A stretch of 64,000 bases of DNA from contig CM059432.1 of NCBI GenBank assembly GCA_030390025.1, positions 117,492,001 to 117,556,000 on the forward strand, read 5' to 3'. This DNA comes from Squalus acanthias. Lineage: Eukaryota. Position numbers and translations under genes: made by a program. Positions 1-11,749 of this stretch are shown here, piece after piece; position 1 is the stretch's first letter, and the number at the start of each line of letters is the position of its first letter. The notes under the pieces were generated by a model. It had not been told where the DNA came from. It searched no databases and saw only the letters and a list, made by a program, of their open reading frames with translations.

Positions 1-59
1 CTCTGTACAGGAGACCTTACCCTCCCAGGGTATTTCGCCAACAATTCTCATACATTAAT

Positions 60-1052
60 ATGTCTGAGGAGCAGTGTTTGCGCAGGCTGCGCTTCAGCAA
101 GGAGGTGGTCACTGAGCTCTGCCACCTGCTGCAGCCAGATCTGCAGCCTCAACTGAGGAGCAGGACATCTCTGTCGGTGGCAGTGAAGATAACAGTGGCT
201 CTGAAATTTTATGCCACCAGCTCATGTCAGTCAGCTACTGGGGACATCGCCAATATCTCCCAGTTCGCGATCCATTGCTGCATCCGTCAGGTCACAAATG
301 CTCTCTATAAAAGGAGACGAGAGTAGATCTCTTTCCACATGACCCCGGCCAAGCAGCATGAACGCGCTATGGGCTTTGCGAGGATAGCGGGCTTCCCCAT
401 GGTACAGGGTGCCATTGACTGCACGCATGTGGCTTTGCGTGCTCCGCATGAGAATGCAGAGGATTTCCGCAACCGAAAGGGGTTCCACTCCTTAAACGTG
501 CTGTTGGTCTGTGACCACAGACAGCTGATACTCACTGTCAATGCCTGCTATCCTGGCAGCAGTCACGATGCATTCATCCTGCGCCAGACTACTGTGGCAG
601 AACTTTTCCAGGCACCGCATCACCCAGGTGGTTGGCTTCTCGGGGACAAGGGATATCCACTGTGCACCTGGCTGATGACACCACTCCGTACGCCCAACAC
701 CCCTGCTGAGCTGCGGTACAACGAGAGCCATCAAGCTACCAGGAACATCGTTGAGCACACAATCGGCGTGCTCAAGCAATGGTTCCGCTGTCTGGACCAT
801 TCTGGAGGAGCCCTGCAGTACTCACCTGAGCGAGTTTCCCACTTCGTTGTTGTGTGCTGCATGCTGCATAACCTGGCAATCGTCAGGACCCAGCCAATGC
901 CACCAGGCCTTGGAGCACCACCAGAGGAGGAGGAGGAAGAGGAGGAGGAAGAGGAGGAGGATGATCATCAGCAGCACCAAGGCGGGAGGGAGGCCCACAA
1001 TGTAGAAACTGGAAGGGCCGTCCGTCAACGGCTGATAGCAAGCCGCTTCTAG
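60..1052 (+). pseudogene. Harbinger (DDE_Tnp_4/HARBI1-like) transposase with one in-frame TAG at 324-326
   Basis: ORFs 60..326 and 339..1052 share a frame. Motifs GAIDCTHV, NRKGFHSLNV, PGSSHD, GDKGYP, RNIVEHTIGVLK, CCMLHN; poly-Glu tail. The N-terminus probably extends upstream of the window. Confidence 0.9.
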
Positions 1053-1363
1053 GCCCCTGCTGAGGAAATGGCTTCTGCCATTGAGAAGAACATGAATGAA
1101 ACCAACCCGCCACCCCTAAGCCGGCCAAGGCAGCAATGATTGCAAAGACCAAACATGTACATTTTGAATACAAAAACTTATCTTTTTTACAAACTCTGTG
1201 TGTGTCATTTCCTCATGAAAAACTAATAGAAATAAACACAAAAAAACAGTCATTAACATATCTGGTTCTCACAACCTGGAGATAATGTCCAAAACACTAA
1301 ACAAAAGTTTGACCAGGAGCCTCAGCCTTTAATAAAAAAATGACCAACATTTTGTCACACCTC

Positions 1364-3082
1364 CTACTTTTTGCCCTTTGAGGGTGATCTCCTTCCCTTG
1401 CGCACTTCCCCGCTTCCCACCCTACTGCTCCTCCATAATGGGACCCCAGTGGCTGCAGCAAGGCTGCTGGAAGGCTGCTGATTGTCAGAACCTGAGACTG
1501 CAGATGCCCTTGAAGGACGGCCTCGACCAGCTCTGGGCCTGGAGGGCCCGGCTGCAGACTGCACCAACTCTGCATGGGCGGCAGCAGTCTGGGCTACAGG
1601 CGGTGGCAAATGCAATGGGGCAGTGACAGTGGTGGCAGCAGGAATGCTGTCATCTTGAGAGAGGACAGCAACTCCCTGCTCGACCGACACACTGGCACTC
1701 CCACGGAGCAGCACATCAGCATCTGGAGTGATCTGCTGGAGCACAGATTGCTGGCCTGCTGCGGCGCGGTGAGAGCCCCGGGGAAATGTGTCCGAACCAG
1801 CGAGGATGGCAGCAGTCACTGCTCGTGTGGCCTCAATCTGAGTCTGCATGAGAGCAGTCAGAGATGGGGTCACGGCAGCTAGTGACTGAATTGCAGCACT
1901 AAACATTTGCGTGGCATTCGCCTATGCTACAGCGAAGTGCTCCACTCTCCTTGCCAGTGATTCAATGCATTCGGGCACCCTTCCCACTGCACCCATGAGC
2001 TCAGTGTGCATGTCCACCGCCTGGGTGTTCATTTCAGTGATGCGTCCAGTGCAGTAGGACTTGCTGGCATACTCTCCCTCTGGGGAGAAGGCCCCCGAGC
2101 TTCCCTACCAGCATCACATTGCTGCAGCCCGCTGGGTCCTGGAGCTTCACCCTCATCAGACCCTTCCCCGCTGCTCCCCTCCAGGGAAGGCGTGTTCCCA
2201 GTGTGGGCATGCGCTTCCTCGGGAGAGGGTGGCGCTGATGCTCCGGCTTCATATTCCTTCTCGCCTGCAGCTTCACTCCCACTGGCAGCTTGAGGGCCCG
2301 TCTCCTCAGCTGGTGAATCACCATCTGAAAGCAGGGAGGTACAAGAGTGGCTTTAGCATGAGGACAGGGGGGCAGTAAGGGAGGAATGAGTGCAGCGATT
2401 TAGTAAGTTGGATTGAAAGTGTCAAAGGCTGGTGTTGTGAGGGACAAGTGGAAGGAGAGAGAACAAAAAGGTGATGACCTTACCATTGCTGTCCAGAACG
2501 GGCTCGGCCTCTCCAGTGGCAACGGGACTGATCACCCGGGCGCACTGAGGGGTTGCAGCTGAGGCCACCCTCCATCCGTCCATTGCTGCTGTCTCCTATT
2601 ATGAGATAGCTTGGCCTGCAAGAAAAAGGACGGCGTCTGAGTAAATATACAGCCATGGTCTTGCCTGATGTGCCTCCCATAGGTGAATAGCCCTTACTGT
2701 ATGCAAAGTGTGGAATGTGCATGTGTGTTTCATGAGAGGGCCATAGGTGTTGGATGAGTGTTGGGCATTGGGGTTTTAAGACCCTCTGACCATAGAGTGA
2801 GGTTGAGATGGAGGGATGGAGAGGTATTGAAAAAAAGCCACTCACCCTGACGACCCGAGTGAGGTCATTGAACTTTTTTCTACATTGTATATGGGTCCTG
2901 GGCACCATGCTTCTGGAGGAGACGCTCTGTGCCACCTCCCTCCACACTCTTCTGTAATCACGCGGCAAAGGCCTCCTGCCACTCTCTGGATACAGTATTG
3001 ATTTCTGCGCTCCACCGCGCCAACCAGAGCCTCCAAGGCCCGCTCGCTGAAGCAATGTGCTCGCTCCCTGGCCCTCTCCATA
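1364..3082 (-). pseudogene. Harbinger Myb/SANT-like DNA-binding partner gene, spliced (3 exons), frameshifted
   Basis: MERARERAHCFSERALEALV...WREVAQSVS...QCRKKFNDL. Donor GG|GTGAG at ~2845, acceptors at ~2617 and ~2326, then a long low-complexity last exon. Confidence 0.75.
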
Positions 3083-3453
3083 GTCCTTGGCTGCAAGATT
3101 TAGGCACAGGTCTCTCCAGGCCGAGATTCAAGGATCCAAAGAGCAGGGTGTGGCTGGGGAGCAAGATCGAGCCTCCCCTTCAAGAACTGGCCGGCGCCAG
3201 TGTGTCTGTGATCCATCGCTAACTGACAGCACCTGCGCTGCGCCCGCACTCTGAGTTAGCGCCTCGCTCCTCGGCCTTTGCGCCTTAAGAGAGGTGTGTA
3301 GCGCCTTATTTAGCGCTCCAATCAACTCCGGGGGCGATAAAAGCCAAGTTTGCAGTCGGAGGCGATAATTAACGCCAGGCGCTAAACTTTGAGCACGGTC
3401 GATAATCGCGCCCCAAACGGGGCTATACTGAATTTTTCCCCCATAGAGTCATA

Positions 3454-4345
3454 GGGGGAAAAATTCAGTTGGTTGCGCCTCCCGTTAGCGCCTTAAGAGG
3501 GCGCTAATGGGGCGCAAAGCATCCAGCGCCCAGGCGCGGCGAAGTTTGCGCCGCTCGCAAAATTAACAGACATTTTGCGGCGGCGCTAAACACTACCGCC
3601 ACGATCTCCTGCGCCGGCAGATCGTGATGTCAGACGAGTGCGCAACGCCTCGGTATCGCCCCGGAGCGGATATTGAGTGGCGCCCTCTGCCTTACCGCCT
3701 GACGCTAGCAACGACAGGTTGATAGGAGCGTTCTGCAGTCATGAAGGGAAAGGAGGAGCGCTATTTAAAGGTGACCGCTTCCTGCTTTTTATTGTTGGTG
3801 CCATTTTTGAACGACGCATTCTGAGAGAGAGTGAGAGAGACTTCTGGAGAGATTCAACGTTGTGTGAAGGAGTTTTGGGTACTGAGCAGCACCTTGCAGG
3901 TTCATTTTGATTTGCCATTCCTTGTATCGATTTAGAAGAGACTGTGGGGGCTGCACTCTGAGCTCTTTGCCTGGTACTCTCCATTGTTCTTTCCAGCAGA
4001 TTTGATGTGCAGGTCTCTCCAGGCCGAGATTCAAGGCTGCAATGAGCAGGATGTGGATGGAAAGCAAGATCAACCATCCCCTTTAAGAACTGGCCCGTGC
4101 CATTGTGTGTGTGTTCCATTGCTGACTGACATTACATGAGCTTCGCCAGTGCTCTGAGGTAGCGCCTTGCTCCTCGGCCTTTGCGCCTTAAGACAGGTGT
4201 GAAGCGCCTGATTTAGCACTCCAATCACCTCCAGGGGCGATAAAAGTCAAGTTTGCAGTCGGTGGCGATAATTGGCGCCAGGCGCTAATCTTTGCGCCCG
4301 GCCGATAATTGCGCCCCAAATGGGGCGATACTGAATTTCTCCCCC
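3454..4345. mobile_element. Non-autonomous Harbinger derivative (MITE)
   Basis: TIRs GGGGGAAAAATTCAG / CTGAATTTCTCCCCC, ATA TSD (3451-3453, 4346-4348). Right ~330 bp closely resemble 3110-3442. Confidence 0.88.
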
Positions 4346-4417
4346 ATAGAGTTATACAGCACAGAAAGAGGCCCTTCGGCCCATCGTGTCTGCGCCGGCC
4401 ATCAAGCCCAATCTATT

Positions 4418-7222
4418 CTAATCCCATTTTCCAGCACTTGGTCCGTAGCCTTGTATGCTATGGCGTTTCAAGTGCTCACCTAAATGCTTCTGGAATGTTG
4501 TGAGGGTTCCTGCCTCTACCACCCTTTCAGGCAGTGAGTTCCAGATTCCAACCACCCTCTGGGTGAAAAAGTTTTTCCTCAAATCCCCTCTAAACCTCCT
4601 GCCCCTTACCTTGAAACTATGCCCCCTGGTTATTGACCCCTCTACTAAGGGAAAAAGTTCCTTTCTATCTACACTATCTATGCCCCTCATAATTTTGTAC
4701 ACCTCAATCAGGTCTCCCCTCAGCCTTCTCTGCTCTAAGGAAAACAACCCCAGCCTGTCCAGTCTCTCTTCATAGCTGAAATGCTCCAGCCCAGGTAACA
4801 TCCTGGTGAATCTCCTCTGCACCCTCTCCAATGCAATCACATCCTTCCTATAGTGTGGCGACCAGAACTGCACACAGTATTCCAGCTCTGGCCTAACTAG
4901 CATTTTGTACAGCTCCATCACAACCTCCCTGCTCTTATATTCTATGCCTCGGCTAATGAAGGCAAGTATCCCATATGCCTCCTTAACCACCTTATCTACC
5001 TGTCCTGCTGCCTTCAGGGATCTATGTACATGCACACCAAGGTCCCTCTGATCCTCTGTCCTTCCTAGGGTCCTACCATTCATTGTGTATTCCCTTGCCT
5101 TGTTAGTCCTCCCAAAATGCATCACCTCACACTTTTCAAGGTTAAATTCCATTTGCCACTGTTCTGCCCATCTGACCAACCCGCCTATATCGTCCTGTAG
5201 ACTGAGGCTTCCCTCCTCGCTATTTACCACTCCACCAATTTTCGTGTCATCTGCGAACTTACTGATCATACCTCCTACATTCATATCTAAATCATTAATG
5301 TACACTACAAACAGCATGGGACCCAGCACCGATCCCTGTTGTACACCACTGGACACAGGCTTCCAGTCACAAAAACAACCTTCGACCATCACCCTCTGCC
5401 TCCTGCCACTAAGCCAATTTTGGATCCAATGTGCCAAATTGCCCTGGGCTCATACCTTCTTGACCAGTCTCCCATGCGGGACTTTGTCAAAAGCCTTACT
5501 GAAGTCCATGTAGACTACATCAACTGCACTACCCTCATCCACGCACCTAGTCACCCCCTCAAAAAATTCAATCAAATTGGTAAGACATGATCTCCCTATG
5601 ACAAAGCCATGCTGACTATCCTTGATTAATCCTTGCCTCTCCAAGTGAAGACTAATTCTGTCCCTCAGAAATTTTTCCAATAATTTCCCTACCACTGATG
5701 TTAGGCTCAATGGTCTGTAATTCCCTGATTTATCCCTACTACCCTTCTTGAATAATGGTACTACGTTAGCTGTCCTCCAGTCCTCTGGCACCTCCCCTGT
5801 GGTCAGAGAGGTTCTGAAAATTTGTGTCAGAGCTCCTGCAATCCCCTCCCTTGCCTCACACAGCAGCCCTGGATACATCTCGTCTGGGCCTGGGGATTTA
5901 TTTACTTTTAAGCCCTTTAAAACCGCTAGTACCTCCTCCCTCTCAATGCTAATTTGTTCAAGTATATCACAATCCCCCTGCCTGATTTCTATGCCTACAT
6001 CGTCCTTCTCCATAGTGAACACAGATGCGAAATATTCATTTAAAACCTCACCTACATCTTCCGGCTCTACACACAGATTGCCACTTTGGTCCCTAATGGG
6101 CCCTACTCTTTCCCTGGTGATCCTCTTGCCTTTAATATACTTATAAAACACCTTGGGATTTTCCTTTATTTTGCCCGCCAGTGTTTTTTCATGCCCCTTC
6201 TTCGCTCTCCTAATTTTTTTTTAAGTACCCCCCTGCACTTTCTATACTCCTCTAGGGCTTCCACTGTTTTTAGTCCTTTGTATCTGCCAAAAGCCTCCCT
6301 TTTTTCCTAATCCATTCTTGTATATCCCTTGACATCCAGGGTTCCCTAGACTTGTTGGTCCCACCCTTGACCTTTACGGGAACATGTTGGCGCTGTACTC
6401 TCTCTATTTCCTTTCTGAATGACTCCCACTGCTCTGATGTGGATTTTCCTACAAGTAGCTGATCCCAGTCCACTTTGGCCAGATCCTGCCTTATCATATT
6501 AAAATCGGCCTTCCCCCAATTTAGAACCTTTATTTCCGGTCCATCTTTGTCCTTTTCCATGACTACCTTAAATCTCACCGAATTATGGTCACTGTCACCA
6601 AAATGCTCTCCTACTGACACTTCTACCACTTGCCTGGCTACATTCCCTAGAATTAGGTCCAGTACTGCCCCCTCTCTTGTAGGACTTTCTACATGCTGGC
6701 TCAAAAAGCTCTCCTGGATGCACTTCAAGAATTCCGCACCCTCTAAGCCTTTCACACTCTTGACTATCCCAGTTAATATTGGGGGAAGTTGAAATCCCCT
6801 ACTATTATTACCCTATTATTTCTACACTTCTCTGAGATTTGCCTACATATCTGTTCTTCTATCTCCCCCTGACTGTTTGGGGGCCTATAGTACACTCCCA
6901 GCAAAGTGCTTGCCCCCTTTTTGTTTTTAAGTTCTACCCATATGGCCTCATTAGAGGAACCTGCTAAGATATCATCCCTCCTTACTGCAGTAATTGACTC
7001 CTTGATTAATATTGCGACACCACCTCCTCTTTTGCACCCCCCTCTGTCTTGCCTGAAGATTCTATACCCCGGAATATTGAGCTGCCAGTCCTGCCCCTCC
7101 CTCAACCATATCTCTGTGATAGCAACAATATCATACTCCCATGTGTTCATCAACACCTTCAATTCATCTGCCTTACTCGTAAGACTCCTTGCATTAAAAG
7201 AAATGCCATCCAGCCTTGCCAT
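4418..7222 (-). pseudogene. CR1 ORF2 (APE endonuclease + reverse transcriptase), frameshifted
   Basis: DIVAITEIWL, GVYYRPP, VGDFNFP, SDHNSV, KSPGPD, NYRPLSLTS, QHGF, SKFADDTK, YEERLDRLGLFSLE across four ORF pieces. Confidence 0.93.
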
Positions 7223-7341
7223 ACTCCCTTGTGCCGTTACATATTTGCTCTGCCTTCCAGACTGACTTGTTTTTTCCTCTATATTTGGCTGTGCATCACC
7301 CCCTACTATAGCTCCACTCCGTATCCCATCCCCCTGCCAAG

Positions 7342-8276
7342 TTAGTTTAAACCTCCCCTAACAGCACTAACAAACCTCCCCGCAAGGATGTTGGTTCCAT
7401 TCCGGTTCAGGTGCAACCCGTCCAACTTGTACAGGTCCCACCTTTCCCAGAAACAGACCCAGTGATCCAGGAAACTAAAGCCCTCCCTCCTGCACCAACT
7501 CTTTAGCCTCGCATTCATCTGCTCTATCCTCCTATTCCTATACTCACTAGCACGTGGCACTGGGAGTAATCCAGAGATTACATCCTTTGAAGTCCTGCTA
7601 CCTAGCTCCCTAAATTCTTGTTGCAGGACCTCATCCCTCTTTCTACCTCTATCATTGGTACCAATGTGAACCACGACCTCTGACTGTTCGCCCTCCCCCT
7701 TCAGAATGCCCTGCAGTCGTTCAGTGACATCCTTGACCCTGGCACCAGGGAGGCAACATACCATCCTGGAGTCACGTCTGCGGCCACAGAAACGCCTGTG
7801 CACCCCTCTCTATTGAGTCTCCTACCACTATTGCCCTTCCACTCTTACTCCTCCCCCCTTGTGCAGCTGAGCCACCCACAGTGCCATTAACTTGGCTCTA
7901 TGCACTCCCCAGAGGAACCGTCACTTTCACCGTTTTCTAACACAGAAAAATGGTTGTTGAGTGAGATGCACTCTGGGGCTTTCCTGACTACCTGCCTGCC
8001 CCCCTTCTTCTGACTGGTGGTCACCCATTCCCTCTCTGACTGCACTTTCTTAAGCTGCGGGGTGACCACGTCTAAAAACGTGCTATCCATGTAACTCACA
8101 GCCTCGCGGATACACCGCAGTGCCTCCAGCTAACGCTCGAGCTCCGAAAACCGGATCTCAAGTTGGCCAAACCGTTGGCACTTACTGCACATGTGGTCAT
8201 CCTGACTGCAAGAAGCGTCTAGGAATTCCCACATGCTGCAGGGCGTGCAACGCATGGGACTGAGGTCCCCTGCCAT
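7342..8276 (-). pseudogene. CR1 ORF1 (N-terminal Cys/His finger + coiled coil + SGNH/GDSL esterase domain)
   Basis: ATG at 8276 (MAGDLSPMRCTPCSMWEF...MCSKC), CLPGARVKD, VHIGTND, DGLHLN. Stops and frameshifts present. Confidence 0.82.
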
Positions 8277-8799
8277 ATTTTTAATTAAAAAAACTCTTAC
8301 CTCAAATTTAAACTCTCGGATTCTCGCTCTCCCGCACTACCTTAACTATGAACTACCTTAAAAGAAATAAACTTAAAATTGAAGAAAAAAAAGCACTCAC
8401 CCACTACTCACCAATCAGCTTCTTCCCCTGCGCTGGCGTCACTTTCTGTACTGTGACGTCACTCTCAAATTCTGCCGCCGCTCCCGCTGCTGCCGCTGCT
8501 CGACTGGGCCTGAAAATCACCGACCTTTATTTTCTCCCACAGCCGCTGCTGTTAATGATATCTCAATGGAAATAAAACTCAACCATCTTGAAAAACTCAT
8601 TGTCCATCCTATGTTTGATAACTTTAATGTTGCAAAGGAATTTGGGCATGGTTTTCCATCCATAATAGAGGGAATACTGTGAGAAGCATGTGCCCAGACT
8701 CCTGATATGCAGGCAAAGCTCTGCACCATGTGTGCAAATTCATAATATTCCCCCCTTCTGTGTTTCTCATCTTTACTGTTCTATCTACCACATTCAACA

Positions 8800-9250
8800 A
8801 CAGCAACAATAACTTGTATTTATTTAGCGCCTTTAACGTAGTGAAGCCTAAGGCACTTCACAGGAGCGTTATCAAACAAAATTTGACACTGAGGAGATAT
8901 TAGGACAGGAGACAAAAAACTTGTTCAAAGAGTTAGGTTTTAAGGAGTGTCTTAAATGAGGAGAGAGAGGTAGAGTGGCGGAGAGGTTTAGGGAGAGAAT
9001 TTCAGAGCTTAGAGCCTTGACAGCGGAAGGCATGGCCACCAAGGGTGGAGTGAATAAAATCGGGAATGCGCAAGAGGCCATAATTGGAGGATCGCAGAGA
9101 TCTCAGAGGGTTGTAGGGCTGGAGGAGGATACAGAGATAGAGAGGGGTGAGGTCATGGAGGGATTCGAAAATAAGGATGAGAATTTTAAAATCGAGGTGT
9201 TGCCAGACCGAGAGCCAATGTAGGTCAGCGAGCACAGGGGTGATGGGTGA
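8800..9250 (-). mobile_element. L2-type LINE 3' fragment
   Basis: LADLHWLSV...FKILILIF...L.PYNPLRSLRS C-terminal motif; typical 3' tail with (aac)n. Confidence 0.7.
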
Positions 9251-10269
9251 TCAGCTGTTTAATGAGGAATTCAGAATGCTCAAGCAATAGCAACTTGCAT
9301 TGCTCGCAAATCCCAGTTTTCTAACCATGATGTCACTGTTGCTCTTGAGGGGATCTTTGAAAAGCAAGATGATCTTTTTGGGACCAGAGAATCAGGGACC
9401 AGTTGCCGAATTGCTGATTGCTGAGCCACCCAATGCTGCCTCAGAACCCAAAGGATCTGGAAGGATGATAATTTGAGTGTACTTGAGTCTTTTAGTTGTT
9501 CTCTCAATGCTAGCTGTTTATAAGAGGTGTGGAACTGTGTGTTGTGATCAAGGCTTAGCTAAAGGTTGAGCCGCAGACCCAGTCTGTTACCTTTGATCAT
9601 GGCTGTCCCTGCTGCTACCCAAGTGCCAAGTGCGAGAGCCACTCAATAGCACGCTTGATCGTGAGTGCTAGCCTTCCCAGCAATAAATGTTGCTTGTTAG
9701 CATTTCATAGCTGCCACATTCAAAATAGTTGAGCATCTGGATAACTAAAACATAACAAAAGGAATGGTTGTTGGCTAATGTTAGCTACAAATTTACTTGG
9801 TTAAGTTTTCTCCATGGTACGCCAAGACCCCAGAAGCACTGCCATAGTAGTGCTCTCAGACCCCCAGCTGTTCCTAGACTCCAGGGGGGAAAAATTCATC
9901 CCCTTCGCGCCTCCCGTTAGTGCTAGCAGATGGTGCTAATGGGTCACTAGAGCAGTATCACCAGGGCGAGGTGAATCCAACAACGCACGTCAAATCTCCC
10001 CCCCCTCCCCCGGAGTGCCGCCGGCAAGAGGTATCACCAGGAATGACAACGCCAGGTGGATCATGACATCAGTGAGTGTGCAACGTTCACTGACCGCCCA
10101 ATCTGCTAAATTGATTCTCGCCAGTTACCTTAGCGCCTGGAGTAAACAGCGACAGGGAGAGCTGGTGTGAAGCACCAGGAAGCCGGCTCCAGGGACGTTA
10201 TTTAAAGGGACCATCATTAATCACTCGCAGCTGTCAGGTTAGTGCAGTTTCAGTGGTTTCTTAAATAAA

Positions 10270-10400
10270 TACAGAAAATGCTGGAAATACCCAGCAAGTC
10301 AGGCAGCACCTGAAATGTTAACTCTGTTTCTCTCTCCACAGATGCTGCCTGACCTGCTGAGTTTTTATTTCAGTTTTTCAGCATCTGCAGTATTTTGCTT
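10270..10400. repeat. Penelope-like pseudo-LTR inverted-repeat remnant
   Basis: Imperfect inverted repeat CAGCAAGTCAGGCAGCA...TGCTGCCTGACCTGCTG around GAAATGTTAACTCT. Confidence 0.5.
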
Positions 10401-10968
10401 GTTTCAGTGGTTTCTTGTAAGTTTCACTTACTGCAAGAGTTTCATTCAGTAATTTCAAGGTTCTTTTGAATCAGGAGTCTTGTGGCAAATAAAAAGTAGT
10501 TACATTTATTGTTCAAAGAATCATACTGCTACACTTGGTAACATTAATGGGGGCTGTACTGGCAGTCGACATCGCCCTCCAAGATCGACAGCGGAGGGAG
10601 CGGAGACAGCGAGAAAGATGGGAACATGTGCACAGAGAGGTGAGGAGGGACATCAGGGCTCTCACTAGGAGGGCTTACCCTCTGAGGATTTTCTGAGAGC
10701 ACTTCTCCTACCTTCAATGAAGCGAGGAGCAGTGTATTAGATGGCTCCGCCTCACTAAGGAGGTGGTCACAGAACTTTGCCACCTCCTCCAAACAGACCT
10801 CCAGCCTCACACCAGGATGACTTAAAGCCCAGGTCCCCTTTGCTCACCACTCTATCATTCCATGCCTCTCACACTGCAAAGCTGAAATGACAGACACCAC
10901 AAAAGAATCCAAACTGAATTGATAAATTTATCAAAAATCAGTGAGCACATATTTACACCAAAAATATT

Positions 10969-11732
10969 GGGCCAGAAATTCAGTTTTCTGGCTTCCTGCG
11001 GGTGCAAGCATCGCACGCGTACTTACCTACCGCGCCTGCCGTTGTGTTTTGGGCCCACGAGAACTTCGGCTCCTGGGCCTCCTCCAGCTGCCGGCGCGCA
11101 GTGCTTGCGTGTCCCAGGGATGCAGTTAGTTCGAAGCGTCCCCTGGGATCACGTGGGCCATGGAGAGCCAATCCTAGCAGGGCATTTTCATTCATAGATT
11201 TGACAGGAAGACCTGTCAAATCTATGAATTTAAATCGGCCCCAAAACAACACCTAAACTTCAAATACATTTTTTTTTTTAAATCTCATTTTTTAAATAAC
11301 TATAATTGAAATAAATTAACTACTTTAAACAAAAATTTAAATTTTTGAAAAAATTAAAATACTTTTTAACGGTGCTAAAAATAAACTTACCTTTCTTTAA
11401 AGTATCTAAAAAAGATAAACCTGTTGAAATTTTTTTTAAATTGTAATTAATTAACCACTTACCTTGTTAAAAACGGGTCTTGCGCCTCCTTTTTAAAAGT
11501 GCAGCTTCTTCCATACTTACCCTCCCGGAGAAACCTGAAAAAAAACCGAAGTTCGCTGCGTGCGCACAACCTCTCCCGCGCACGCGGTTCACCTCTGAAC
11601 CCCTCCCTTCACGAGACCGGAAGTTCTGGTTTCCCGCGCATGCGCAGTGCATGCAGGAAACCGGCACTTCAAGTGGCCTTACGGGTGAGTACACAGTGCG
11701 TACTCACCCGACAAGTGCCGAATTTTTGGCCC
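10969..11732. mobile_element. Harbinger-type MITE with AT-rich core
   Basis: TIRs GGGCCAGAAATTC / GAATTTTTGGCCC, ATT TSD. Same family as 58558-59504 in the opposite orientation. Confidence 0.85.
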
Positions 11733-11749
11733 ATTAACTATTCACCCTT

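Larger units (their letters stand above)
1..3442 (+). mobile_element. PIF/Harbinger DNA transposon, left end outside the window; two convergent genes
   Basis: DDE transposase on + and Myb/SANT gene on -. Right TIR ...GAATTTTTCCCCC ends at 3442 and is followed by ATA. Confidence 0.9.
4349..8520 (-). mobile_element. Near full-length CR1 LINE, decayed
   Basis: 5' UTR, ORF1, ORF2 (endonuclease and RT) and 3' UTR in order. The 5' boundary is approximate. Confidence 0.92.

Noticed and set aside
60..1052. Domesticated host gene HARBI1
   Set aside because: Internal stop, adjacent Myb/SANT gene and a TIR show it is a transposon copy.
4455..7345. Plus-strand ORFs of 100-140 aa (also 18506-20781, 25622-26089)
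   Set aside because: Antisense shadows of CR1 ORF2 with no independent motifs.
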